Positions 1-8,052 of a stretch of 32,000 nucleotides of DNA are shown one piece after another. The stretch lies in NCBI GenBank assembly GCA_963718915.1, contig CAVRAI010000007.1, forward strand, positions 270,001 through 302,000. The letters run 5' to 3'. Each line of letters begins with the position of its first letter. Positions within the stretch are counted from its first letter, which is position 1. Source of the DNA: an uncultured Chloroflexia bacterium. Lineage in GTDB: Bacteria; Chloroflexota; Ktedonobacteria; Ktedonobacterales; JADMIN01. Below the pieces are notes generated by a model. That model was not told the origin of the DNA. It worked only from the letters and a program-made list of their open reading frames with translations, and made no database searches. The position numbers and the translations under genes were made by a program.

Positions 1-2
1 TA

Positions 3-410
3 GTGATGTTGCTCTCAGCGCCCGGAGTCGCGCTTGCGGCGATCTTGCTCACGGCGCCCGGCGTGCTCTGGGCGATCTACTGCTATCCCTCCGGCTCTTA
101 TGCCACGCGGGTCGCCGTCGGCCTGGCACTGGGGCTGGCGTTCCAGTGGCAGTGTTGCGCGCTCCTCGCCGCTGGCCTGGGCATCACGCGGCTTACCGTC
201 GCCCTCGCGACGAGCGGCGGACTGCTTATCGCGGGTACGCTGGCGTGGCGCAGGCGTCATACTTTCCGAATCAGGTGGATGTCGTGGCAGCTGCGGTGCG
301 CCTGGCTGCTGCTGGACTCGCTCGCCTGGTCATCCAGTAGAATACATCGAATAGCTGAGCAACGTTTGTGGTTGGTAAAAACGTCTTTGCCCGTGTCCGA
401 AAGCCTTTGA
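3..410 (+). CDS. C-terminal part of a polytopic membrane protein (5' end outside window)
   Basis: The ORF is open to the window edge. Hydrophobic segments (LLSAPGVALAAILLTAPGVLWAI, VAVGLALGLAF, LLAAGLGITRLTVALATSGGLLIAGTLAW) are followed by RRRH. Third-position GC is high. No family recognised. Confidence 0.35.
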   Translation: MMLLSAPGVALAAILLTAPGVLWAIYCYPSGSYATRVAVGLALGLAFQWQCCALLAAGLGITRLTVALATSGGLLIAGTLAWRRRHTFRIRWMSWQLRCAWLLLDSLAWSSSRIHRIAEQRLWLVKTSLPVSESL

Positions 411-487
411 CTCCCAACGATTCTTCTCCCTGCCTAGCGAACCGTGTGCTCGCCTACTGTCATTGAGTGACTGTGCGCAACCCAGTA

Positions 488-516
488 TTGACTTGTCACT
501 TGCTATCTTCTATACT
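488..516 (+). promoter_or_regulatory. sigma70-type promoter: TTGACT - 17 nt - TATACT
   Basis: TTGACT lies at 488-493 and TATACT at 511-516 with an exact 17-nt spacer. It sits in an AT-rich intergenic region upstream of the 662..1177 gene. Confidence 0.45.
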
Positions 517-661
517 CGCTACATCCATAGTTGGCAAGCTGAAAGGAGTGTAAAAGAAAGGCTAAAAGAGACATTTCAACCCTACAATGGCCCCCGCCAG
601 ATCAGGATATTTCTGGCATCCGCTAGGAAGATCTCCTAGAGGAGATGTAGAGGAGAACAAG

Positions 662-1177
662 GTGTTGAAGCGGAAATCGCAGGTCTTGGCTATCCTTGCG
701 CTCGTAGTCTTTGTGGCACTGTCGAGTGAAGGTATGGCATTTGCACCTCAACACATGCATGCTGGACAAACAGCCCTGACCTCCACCTGCTATCAGTACA
801 GCTGTGATGGCAGAGCTGTTGACGGCACGACATGCCAACAGGATCAAATTAAGGAGGTAAACATTCCCGTTTACTCCAAATATCAGCCGGGACGGTATAT
901 GTTTGATTTCTGGATCTTTTACTCTCCAGGGTGCAAATCAGCATGGACTGCGATTGCCAACCGCTCAGGAGTAACTCTAAACAATGTGAATGTGTTAACA
1001 TGTAGAGGAATGGGCTGTACAGGCGGAGGTCCAACCTCGTTAGCCAATGGCGCACATATCTCAACTCCGATGCTTGGAGGGAAGCCTGGAGATTTTGTCA
1101 GCGGTTCTGCATGGGTTAACGATATTGGCAATCATGGCGTGCTCTATGCTCCGAGCGGCTATGGGTTCCATTTCTAG
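662..1177 (+). CDS. secreted Cys-rich protein, DUF2690-like
   Basis: GTG at 662 is preceded by AGGAGA with 5-nt spacing. A classical signal peptide is present (LKRKSQVLAILALVVFVALSSEGMAFA). There are six Cys. The segment FWIFYSPGCKSAWTAI resembles the conserved YSxxCxxxWA core of DUF2690 proteins. The ORF-track ATG at 587 would add 25 non-signal residues. Confidence 0.6.
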   Translation: MLKRKSQVLAILALVVFVALSSEGMAFAPQHMHAGQTALTSTCYQYSCDGRAVDGTTCQQDQIKEVNIPVYSKYQPGRYMFDFWIFYSPGCKSAWTAIANRSGVTLNNVNVLTCRGMGCTGGGPTSLANGAHISTPMLGGKPGDFVSGSAWVNDIGNHGVLYAPSGYGFHF

Positions 1178-1196
1178 TGGACTTGCGATAGCTATT

Positions 1197-1231
1197 GTCA
1201 GCGCTACCGTTACTATTACGGTAACGCTGAC
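1197..1231 (+). terminator. imperfect hairpin downstream of the DUF2690-like gene
   Basis: GTCAGCG(C)TACCGT ... ACGGTA-ACGCTGAC forms 7+6 bp with one bulge, 20 nt after the stop codon. No clear T-tract follows. Confidence 0.3.
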
Positions 1232-1404
1232 ACATCTCCCCTTTACTTGATGGATGGGAAAATTTGTCCATCGCTCGGAATGCAATTGATCGGTACATCA
1301 AATACCTGGCCGAATCTAGGCTGCATGAAATCTCGCTACATATTCAAGCGCGCTGATCAGTCTGTCGGACAAATCGCTGGGCGCCCTACTTTACCCGACG
1401 CGAG

Positions 1405-2037
1405 GTGACCCAGACACCGATACCTACCAGCGAGTTCACGACAGGCTATGTGGCCGAAAAGCGCTATCTCGCGGGCGCGTTGCTTTCGCTACTTCACGGT
1501 GACAGGCTGATCGCGTTTGCCGCCGATGGCACAGCGCTGCCGACGTTGGCTCCGCGTCCGGTCGCGCTGCTCACCGATACCCGCCTCCCGCCCGCCTGGG
1601 ACAGGGCGCTGCGATTCCATGCTGGGCCAGAGATGGTCTATATGCTGGGGAACATCTTCGGCCAGGCGCTTGAGCAGGCGCCTGCTGCGCGCTGGTGGAA
1701 TGGGCAACAGCCACCGCCCGCTGGCTGGCAAACGTCGGAGGATTCCGTGGGTTGGGCGACACAGCCGCCAGCACTGCCTCCCGCTACTGGTGATGTCTAT
1801 CTACGACTGACCGTTCCAGGTGGAACGCCGTCGCCGCTACGGGTGAGCTGTGAAGCGCCGTCGGGCGGACGCCTCTTCATTGATGGCAAAGCGGTACCCG
1901 AGATCTGCGTTGGCTCGTGGCAGACATTCCCGGAGCTTGCGGCGCCAGGAACCCATCAGTTGGCGTTCCTGGCGTCTCCGGGGCGTGACCTCGGCCCCTG
2001 GTTCGACGTGGCGGTGACTATGGGTAGAGCAGGCTGA
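1405..2037 (+). CDS. hypothetical protein (210 aa, Pro/Ala-rich middle, beta-rich C-terminus)
   Basis: GTG start and strongly GC-biased third codon positions. No recognisable motifs. Confidence 0.45.
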   Translation: MTQTPIPTSEFTTGYVAEKRYLAGALLSLLHGDRLIAFAADGTALPTLAPRPVALLTDTRLPPAWDRALRFHAGPEMVYMLGNIFGQALEQAPAARWWNGQQPPPAGWQTSEDSVGWATQPPALPPATGDVYLRLTVPGGTPSPLRVSCEAPSGGRLFIDGKAVPEICVGSWQTFPELAAPGTHQLAFLASPGRDLGPWFDVAVTMGRAG

Positions 2038-2166
2038 GGCGGATCGTTGGTAGCCCTGTTACATCTGGCCATCCTTGTCAGTGTTATCATAAGTGCCCAA
2101 TTGAGATGAACTGTCTGCTCAAGTGATGTATGGCACTGCTTGGCATCGAGAGGCGAGGTGGCTCAC

Positions 2167-2838
2167 ATGTCCCTGGTGTACTCACAGATGCTTATGGCCT
2201 GGCGAGACAAACAAGCCGGATTGGCGTGGCGCTGGTGGGCTGCGCGTTCGTGGCGTCTCAGCACGCAGCAACCGACGGATGCGCAGGCGGCCGCTCAGCG
2301 TGTCCGAGCCATTTCCGCGCCCGTCCCGGCGATAAACGCCGACTGCGAGCGTTTTATCCGCGAGCACGAGCGAGTGATTCTCAATTATCTCTGGCGCATG
2401 ACTGGAGATGAGGAAACCGCCTGTGATCTCGCGCAGGAGGTGTTTCTGCGCGCGTGGCAGCGATTCGAGACGATTCGTACATATGACCAGCCAGTCTCGT
2501 GGCTCTTTCGCGTCGCCACCAATCTTGCCCTCACCTATCTGAAACGACGCTCGTTGCCAGCCGGATCGCCAGCCATGTTAGACGAGGACGGAGGCCCAGC
2601 CAGTAGTGATCCGACATGGCGTTTCGCGGAATCCGATCTCGTGCGCGACATCCTGCTCCAGCTTTCGCCACAGCGCCGTGCCGCGCTCGTATTGCGAGAG
2701 GTGTATGGGCTGAGCGCCGCCGAAGTTGGAAGCATCCTCGGCATCTCGCAGAGCGCAGTACGTATGGCGCTGCACCGTGCCCGCAGGCAGTTTCGCGAAC
2801 TCTATGTGCGGGAAGGAGCGAGCGACCATGGCGCGTGA
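2167..2838 (+). CDS. ECF (group IV sigma70) RNA polymerase sigma factor
   Basis: Region 2 reads ILNYLWRMTGDEETACDLAQEVFLRAWQRF...WLFRVATNLALTYLKRR. Region 4 HTH reads LSPQRRAALVLREVYGLSAAEVGSILGISQSAVRMALHRARRQFREL. The start is uncertain: ATG 2167 has GAGGTGG upstream, and ATG 2140 is also possible. Confidence 0.85.
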   Translation: MSLVYSQMLMAWRDKQAGLAWRWWAARSWRLSTQQPTDAQAAAQRVRAISAPVPAINADCERFIREHERVILNYLWRMTGDEETACDLAQEVFLRAWQRFETIRTYDQPVSWLFRVATNLALTYLKRRSLPAGSPAMLDEDGGPASSDPTWRFAESDLVRDILLQLSPQRRAALVLREVYGLSAAEVGSILGISQSAVRMALHRARRQFRELYVREGASDHGA

Positions 2839-4324
2839 TACCCTCGACTGCGCAGCCAATATTGGCGATGAAATGCTCTCCGGCTGGCGTGATTTTCCGC
2901 CCTCGCCCGCCGAAGCGGCACGCATCCACGAGCATGTCGTCGCGTGTCTGGCGTGCCAGCGGCGGCTGGCGGATTTCGAGCTGGTAGCTTCCGCGCTCTT
3001 GCGCCAGCGCGAGATCGAGCCAGATGAACGCATCCTGACCGCAGTGCGTCAGCGCGCGTCTCGGGCAGGCGCCCGTTCGCACCATGGCGTGTCACGGCGC
3101 ATCTGGAGCGGATTGGGCGCACTGGCAGCCAGCGCTGCAGTGGTGGTGTTGTTCGTTTATGTCTTCGGTGGCATCGCGGGGCATCCTAATCCTGCACCCA
3201 CCGCAACCACAGCCAAGACACCAATTGCCAGCCAGACTTTCGCTCCCTCGCCAACGCTTCCATCCGCGCCTGCGCTTGCCCCAGTTGTAGACGCGCAAAC
3301 CGCATGGGGCGCACACGCGGCTGCCACATTCAGCACTCGACTCGACGCTACGCATGTGTTCGAGGTTGGAGGCATAACGCCCGATGGCAAAGATGTGCTT
3401 GGCTATCGCATCACCCTTCCCGGCAGTGGCCAGATTGCTCCAGGAGCGCCTGCTGAGGCGGGTTTCGTGAACATTTCGACGCGGCAATTCACGCCCATTG
3501 GCCTGACCGATTGGGCCCTTTACTCCTATGGCTGCTGCGTAGCTGATGGGCATTTCCTGCTTATGGTGCAAGATGTCACGCCGCAAGCGACGTGCAGCCT
3601 ATGTGATCTTGCATACTGGTCCTATGACATAAACACAGGCCAGAAGTATCTGATTGCGAAAGGAACCGACTTCCAAACCGTCGAGGACACTTTCCTCAGC
3701 CATGGGCTATTCGTCATGTGGACAGGCGAGGGGTTCAAGGTGGCCGACCTTGCCACGCATGCGATTACCGCCGTGCCCAGTATGCCCGCATCTGCCCGGC
3801 CATCCGCGTTCTCCTGGCCATACCTGCTCTATACGGTGACGATGGGCAACAATGTTCCCTCGCAGACGCGCGTCCGTGATCTCAGCACTGGGCGGGATAT
3901 CGCTCTTCCACAGGTAGACGGCGACAGTGTGTCGGATGGCACAGTGTTGATGCTCGGAGACACACTCTTCGTTGAGGAGTCGCAGCCTGCCCTCCCCAGC
4001 ACACCCACTGGTTCCACGGGTCCGTCCACACTTTACCAGCTTGACGCATTTATGAATTCTGACGCTACGCTCAAAGCCGTTGCGACCTATAAAGATACCT
4101 TTGGCATGAGCAGCGCCAATGCGCGCCTCATTATCGTTTCTAGCCACCAGAATAGCCTGGTCTGGGATCGAGCGGAGCGTCGCTTCGTGAGTCTGGGTAG
4201 TCCTTATGAACTAGCGGGGAACTACCTCATCGGTAATACGTCTGGAACGGCGGGAAATGGCAGCGTACCCGCGACAGTCAGCATCTACAATACCGCGACG
4301 TTGCCGATTCTCATCGGAGGATGA
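2828..4324 (+). CDS. zinc-binding (ZAS-type) anti-sigma factor with one TM helix and a ~380-aa extracytoplasmic domain
   Basis: ATG 2828 overlaps the sigma factor stop (ATGGCGCGTGA). HVVACLAC is an Hx3Cx2C motif. The TM helix is IWSGLGALAASAAVVVLFVYVFGGI. A Pro/Ala/Thr linker follows, then a large domain of unknown fold. Confidence 0.8.
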   Translation: MARDTLDCAANIGDEMLSGWRDFPPSPAEAARIHEHVVACLACQRRLADFELVASALLRQREIEPDERILTAVRQRASRAGARSHHGVSRRIWSGLGALAASAAVVVLFVYVFGGIAGHPNPAPTATTAKTPIASQTFAPSPTLPSAPALAPVVDAQTAWGAHAAATFSTRLDATHVFEVGGITPDGKDVLGYRITLPGSGQIAPGAPAEAGFVNISTRQFTPIGLTDWALYSYGCCVADGHFLLMVQDVTPQATCSLCDLAYWSYDINTGQKYLIAKGTDFQTVEDTFLSHGLFVMWTGEGFKVADLATHAITAVPSMPASARPSAFSWPYLLYTVTMGNNVPSQTRVRDLSTGRDIALPQVDGDSVSDGTVLMLGDTLFVEESQPALPSTPTGSTGPSTLYQLDAFMNSDATLKAVATYKDTFGMSSANARLIIVSSHQNSLVWDRAERRFVSLGSPYELAGNYLIGNTSGTAGNGSVPATVSIYNTATLPILIGG

Positions 4325-4709
4325 TGCCGCTATGGAACAGCCGCTCATCCTTACAGAATGCATCGCGGCGCAGCGAGGAAGGGCATAGAGGAGATCCGCC
4401 CGCGCAAGTTCGAGGAGCAGGTTAGGAGCGGAAGGGACGCTTCAACAGCGTCTCATCCTGGGCTTTCCTCTCGTACAGGCCGTATGTATGCTCTCCATGT
4501 GGGGGCGCGGGCGGATGCTTTCGTATCCGCAGCATAGCATGCGACAGGCGGCGGCGACTGGTAGATTTCTCACCAACACCAGGAACATCAGATACTCTCT
4601 CCGCGAGGCCGGATGGAAACATATGCTCCCGATAAGTGGACGCACGGTGTTAGGATAGAAGGCGACGTGACAGTGAAACATGCCATGGTTGTGTGCGTGG
4701 AACTGGGGA

Positions 4710-4928
4710 ATGGCGATGCATGACGATGTGTTCTACTGGGAGGTCTCGGCAGACGAGTACCGCTCCATTTTCAAGGAGACCATCCATAGCCTCGATACTC
4801 ATGAGGCATGGGGGCATACGGGCATGTACGCCACGCGCGCCTATTCCTGCACAACGGTGTCAGGGGACAAGGCGCTACGCATCACGTTACTGGACGGCGA
4901 GGAGTGGCTGGTGGTCGAGAAGGAGTAG
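4710..4928 (+). CDS. small hypothetical protein (~72 aa)
   Basis: Third-position GC is high. Start is ambiguous (ATG at 4680, 4710 or 4716). No motif recognised. Confidence 0.4.
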   Translation: MAMHDDVFYWEVSADEYRSIFKETIHSLDTHEAWGHTGMYATRAYSCTTVSGDKALRITLLDGEEWLVVEKE

Positions 4929-4961
4929 GCGCTCCATTTAGTCTGAAACTGGAGATAGATG

Positions 4962-5035
4962 AGGGGCGGCCCCGCCGGGAATCGAACCCGGATGCTCGGT
5001 TTAGAAGACCGATGCTTTGTCCATTAAGCTACGGA
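4962..5035. repeat. direct repeat copy 1 (74 nt, tRNA-Arg derived; att-like)
   Basis: AGGGGCGGCCCCGCCGGGAATCGAACCCGGATGCTCGGTTTAGAAGACCGATGCTTTGTCCATTAAGCTACGGA is identical to 7246..7319. Confidence 0.95.
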
Positions 5036-5038
5036 ACT
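4967..5038 (-). tRNA. tRNA-Arg(UCU) variant or displaced copy (positions 4-73 identical to the 7251..7322 gene; 5' acceptor AGU instead of GGC)
   Basis: Cloverleaf folded by hand. The acceptor is AGUUCCG/CGGGGCC, giving an A1:C72 mismatch and U3:G70 and U4:G69 wobbles. The remainder is identical to the intact copy, and the anticodon loop is CUUCUAA. Confidence 0.55.
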
Positions 5039-5937
5039 GGAGGCAGGGCAGCTACATCGAGTGTTTGGTAATACGCGGCCAGGGTAGCAAAGGCAGAATC
5101 CATATCAGTCTGATTCAGATGGCATTCCGCAGCCAGGGCAGCGTACGGTAAACGCCAGGACGCAGGCGGCGCGCTGAGATCAACCGGGATCACATGAGTT
5201 TGGCGGCGTGCGAAGGTGATATAAAGCGACTGCCGTGTGCGCTCAAGGTCGGGCGAGCCTATGTTGATGAGCAGCGTTAGATCTACCAGGTCTTTGACGC
5301 GCGTATTGATGCGCTCACCATGCGGCAGTGTATAGGCATGGAGCTTCTCGGCGAACTGTTGCTCGCGGGAAAGTACGGCGGCACGAATGGGTGGAATACC
5401 CGCAAAGTTCAGAATATCCTGCCCAGTTAGCCACTCAGGAGGCTCTACGAGGGCGTCACCAACACCTACATCCAGATGGAAGGTCGTAAATGTACGCGCG
5501 TCAAGTCGCGCCTCTACTGGATAGCGCGCGCCGCCATAAGGCGCGGCATTGAGATCGGCCATCGGCTCACCGATGCGGAAGACGAAGCCATCCTGGAGAT
5601 CACGCTCGGCGGCATCCTGTAGTGACTCACGGATGAGCTGGGATGGTAATGCCGATGGTGTGGCATCCGCACTGGCAAGGCGTGACAAGACTGGAATCGA
5701 GAGATCAAGATCTCTGGTAGTGCGAGCAGCGTCGCTGCCAAGCCGTAACTCGAAGGCGTAGCCGCCTTTGAGCAACCAGGGTGGCTCCTGCGCAGCGAAA
5801 AGCCGGGCGAGAAGGCGATCGAATGCGACCTGGCGCCGCAATCGCATAAGGTCTAGACTACGTGCCTGTGCCATCTGCTTGAGGCGGGATTCTAGCGCGA
5901 TGCGAAATGCTTTTGCCGTTTGATAGCGACCGATCAT
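5029..5937 (-). CDS. abiEii: AbiEii/AbiGii-family nucleotidyltransferase toxin (type IV TA)
   Basis: WLLKGGYAFELRLG...ARTTRDLDLS matches the family N-terminal nucleotidyltransferase motif. A 4-nt ATGA overlap links it to the upstream antitoxin gene. The last two codons and the stop lie inside the tRNA-derived repeat. Confidence 0.85.
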   Translation of the reverse strand: MIGRYQTAKAFRIALESRLKQMAQARSLDLMRLRRQVAFDRLLARLFAAQEPPWLLKGGYAFELRLGSDAARTTRDLDLSIPVLSRLASADATPSALPSQLIRESLQDAAERDLQDGFVFRIGEPMADLNAAPYGGARYPVEARLDARTFTTFHLDVGVGDALVEPPEWLTGQDILNFAGIPPIRAAVLSREQQFAEKLHAYTLPHGERINTRVKDLVDLTLLINIGSPDLERTRQSLYITFARRQTHVIPVDLSAPPASWRLPYAALAAECHLNQTDMDSAFATLAAYYQTLDVAALPPVP

Positions 5938-6554
5938 ATCGATGTGCTCGCCTTCTCATCGGCGCCAGCTATTGCGGCTAGCAATCTGGTATGCGCTTCA
6001 GCAGATGTCACAGCGAATTGCAGTTGTCCTCTACGCGCCATACCCCGGCGCAGCGCGTCCCGCACGGCAGCCTCAAGATAAGGCCAACTTGTTGGGTCAT
6101 CAGCAATATCCAGTAGCGTACGAAGCGGCGTCGTAATGCGGTAGCCGTCGCGCTCTTCCCAATCCCTGGAAGGAACGACTCCATGATGCGTCACAACGCC
6201 AACAGGGAGCTTCCGACGAAAGTGGGGTGGGACAGTGAGGTGGATGCGGGCAGGATTCACCTCTCCCAGGTCATGCAGTGTGAGCGCGGTTTCATGTGAG
6301 AAGACAGCCTCAGGTTGCCCCGCGCGAGTATGACTCATCAGGGAGAGCACAATCAGATCTTCCCGCTCGGGCAGGGGATAATCACGCATGCGGAAGATAC
6401 CACGAGCGACTCGCTCCCAGGCGCCAGTCTGGACATGGTAGTGATGGCGGGGATAAGAATATCCGGCGTTAAGCGCCTGGCGCGCGGTGAAATAGCCGCT
6501 CTGCTGCGCTACGACGGCCATCAGTGCAGCGTGACGCTCCCTCGACGATGCCAT
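5934..6554 (-). CDS. abiEi: AbiEi-family antitoxin / transcriptional regulator
   Basis: The N-terminal winged-helix-like region reads VVAQQSGYFTARQALNAGYSYPRHHYHVQTGAWERVARGIFR. The position and 4-nt overlap with abiEii are as expected. Start taken at MASSRER (6554); the ORF extends to 6599. Confidence 0.8.
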   Translation of the reverse strand: MASSRERHAALMAVVAQQSGYFTARQALNAGYSYPRHHYHVQTGAWERVARGIFRMRDYPLPEREDLIVLSLMSHTRAGQPEAVFSHETALTLHDLGEVNPARIHLTVPPHFRRKLPVGVVTHHGVVPSRDWEERDGYRITTPLRTLLDIADDPTSWPYLEAAVRDALRRGMARRGQLQFAVTSAEAHTRLLAAIAGADEKASTSI

Positions 6555-6741
6555 ACAAAAACCTTCTGAAATAGAGAAGTATTTTGAGCCTATACGCACT
6601 GTATGCGCGTCAGCCTGCTCATGTCAATGATGGGGATACCCGCTCGCGGCGCCATGGTAGCACAGTCAAGCAGAATTGGTTCCAGTGATTCCTGACTACC
6701 CATGTTTTTTGTCTTGCCGCGTGAGCAAGAGCCTGTGCTTA

Positions 6742-7227
6742 TTATGTGGTTCCGCGGAGCGGAATCACCTCGCTAGCGAGAATTTCGTGCAGTTGCCAGA
6801 AATAGTCACCAACGCGGAACGTGGTCAACACAAGTCGTCCCTCGATACATACCAGATCCCCTTTGCGCAGGGACTGGACGCTCTTTTCGACCAAGGTGGA
6901 ACCTCTGCAGATGACAAGAAAATCGTCATTGCGATCAGGTGACTCTGGGTAACCCAAATCCATGGTCGACGCATCTGATAAGGGAGCATCCAGCGGTGGG
7001 GGAACAATGACGTGAATGCGTACCATTATGGTGCCATCTGGCTCATAGAGTTCATTCAGATCGTATTTAACCGTCCCGATGAGCGTTATTCTGTTGAGCA
7101 CAGCATATCCTCTACCACTTTTCCATGCAGAATCGTCCAGGCCCAATGCTCCGAATTCTCCAAAAGGGGATCGCTCAGCCATTCCATGACAGTTGAATGG
7201 GCTGGGGCTTGTCGCGGAGGCAAGCAT
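6742..7227 (-). CDS. divergent SSB-like OB-fold protein (no acidic C-terminal tip)
   Basis: LNRITLIGTVKYDLNELYEPDGTIMVRIHVIV ... DDFLVICRGSTLVEKSVQSLRKGDLVCIEGRLVLTTF ... EILASEVIPL follows the SSB pattern (LNxVxLIGxL..dP...y.pxGt...f.va.....f..v...g..AE....L.KGs.V.veGrL). A ~25-aa insert is present. Local GC is lower, about 50%. Start is uncertain (7227 or 7182). Confidence 0.6.
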   Translation of the reverse strand: MLASATSPSPFNCHGMAERSPFGEFGALGLDDSAWKSGRGYAVLNRITLIGTVKYDLNELYEPDGTIMVRIHVIVPPPLDAPLSDASTMDLGYPESPDRNDDFLVICRGSTLVEKSVQSLRKGDLVCIEGRLVLTTFRVGDYFWQLHEILASEVIPLRGTT

Positions 7228-7245
7228 GCAACTCGGCTTACCGTT

Positions 7246-7319
7246 AGGGGCGGCCCCGCCGGGAATCGAACCCGGATGCTCGGTTTAGAAGACCGATGCT
7301 TTGTCCATTAAGCTACGGA
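7246..7319. repeat. direct repeat copy 2 (74 nt, within the intact tRNA-Arg)
   Basis: Identical to 4962..5035. Confidence 0.95.
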
Positions 7320-7322
7320 GCC
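7251..7322 (-). tRNA. tRNA-Arg(UCU), intact
   Basis: Hand fold: acceptor GGCUCCG/CGGGGCC (7 bp including one G:U). D arm GCUU-AAUGGACA-AAGC. Anticodon arm UCGGU-CUUCUAA-ACCGA. 4-nt variable region. T arm CCGGG-UUCGAUU-CCCGG. Discriminator G. CCA is not encoded. Confidence 0.9.
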
Positions 7323-7514
7323 AGAAGATGTACGTGGATTGGCGATCACTCGCTCACCCGCATTGTAGGCATGCTTCGTCCGCGGACGCAACCCCCGCCC
7401 CGCGACCCGCCATCATCTCGCGCCGCAGCATACATGCTGTGTGGCGACTCGTCGTGGTACAGTGTGGGGCGAGCGTCACGCATAGAAGCGTTAGCAACTA
7501 CCGAGGTTTTCTCT

Positions 7515-8015
7515 ATGGAAAAAGCAGAATTCCTGGAACGCATCCGCAGTGGACGGCGGAAGTTGAACGAGGCGATCAGCGGACTGGCCGAAGAACAGAT
7601 TGCTGAGGATCTGGTGACGCCGGAATGGGCGTTACGCGACCTGCTGGCGCATCTTGCGGCCTGGCAGGGCGAGGCCTTGCGCTGGGTGGAACAGGCCGCG
7701 CATGGTGAGGAGATTGGGCCGCTTATCAATCAGAGCGTCGATGAATGGAATGCCCATCGGGTCGCGGAACGAAAGCATCTACCGATCATCGAGGTCATCC
7801 AGGAATTCAACGAGAACCACGACCACCTGCTGGCCGCGCTGGAAAAAGAGCCTGCCGACACTGTGCCACTGGGGCCGGGCGCGTGGGATGAGACTGCCCA
7901 TCTCTGGTGGTTGACCGAGCACGACGAAGAACATCTGCCAATGATTGCGGACTATCGACGTCGGCTCGCAGCCAGCGCGGCATCGGCGACCGACCACGAG
8001 CAGACAGTTCAATAA
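7515..8015 (+). CDS. DinB/ClbS-like four-helix-bundle protein
   Basis: Start taken at MEKAEFLERI, because the ORF-track start at 7296 lies inside the tRNA. WALRDLLAHLAAWQGEALRWV and LTEHDEEHLPMI are typical of the DinB_2/DUF1706-type helices with His ligands. Confidence 0.6.
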   Translation: MEKAEFLERIRSGRRKLNEAISGLAEEQIAEDLVTPEWALRDLLAHLAAWQGEALRWVEQAAHGEEIGPLINQSVDEWNAHRVAERKHLPIIEVIQEFNENHDHLLAALEKEPADTVPLGPGAWDETAHLWWLTEHDEEHLPMIADYRRRLAASAASATDHEQTVQ

Positions 8016-8052
8016 CCCATGAGGCATGAGGTTGGCGTATAACTGGTGGCTG

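Larger units (their letters stand above)
4962..7319. mobile_element. putative integrase-less genomic islet (remnant or satellite) inserted at tRNA-Arg(UCU)
   Basis: Perfect 74-nt direct repeats of the tRNA bracket the abiEi/abiEii and SSB-like cargo. The SSB-like gene has reduced GC. No recombinase ORF lies between the repeats. Confidence 0.5.

Noticed and set aside
4325-4709. Small minus-strand ORFs (4422..4622, 4442..4681) and short hairpins (GACGC-N7-GCGTC, GCGGAT-N8-ATCCGC) in the 385-nt gap after the anti-sigma gene
   Set aside because: The ORF products look non-protein-like (Cys/Arg/His-rich, no RBS). The hairpins are short and unremarkable. I have no basis for calling a gene or ncRNA here.
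4962-7319. Search for an integrase, excisionase or transposase within or next to the tRNA-flanked islet
   Set aside because: None of the ORFs between or adjacent to the repeats shows tyrosine- or serine-recombinase or DDE motifs. The element is therefore called integrase-less rather than a complete integrative element.
7296-7514. N-terminal extension of the DinB-like ORF (ORF-track start 7296)
   Set aside because: The extension begins inside the tRNA-Arg gene and encodes Arg/Pro/Ser-rich junk. The ATG at 7515 gives a full-length DinB/ClbS-like domain.
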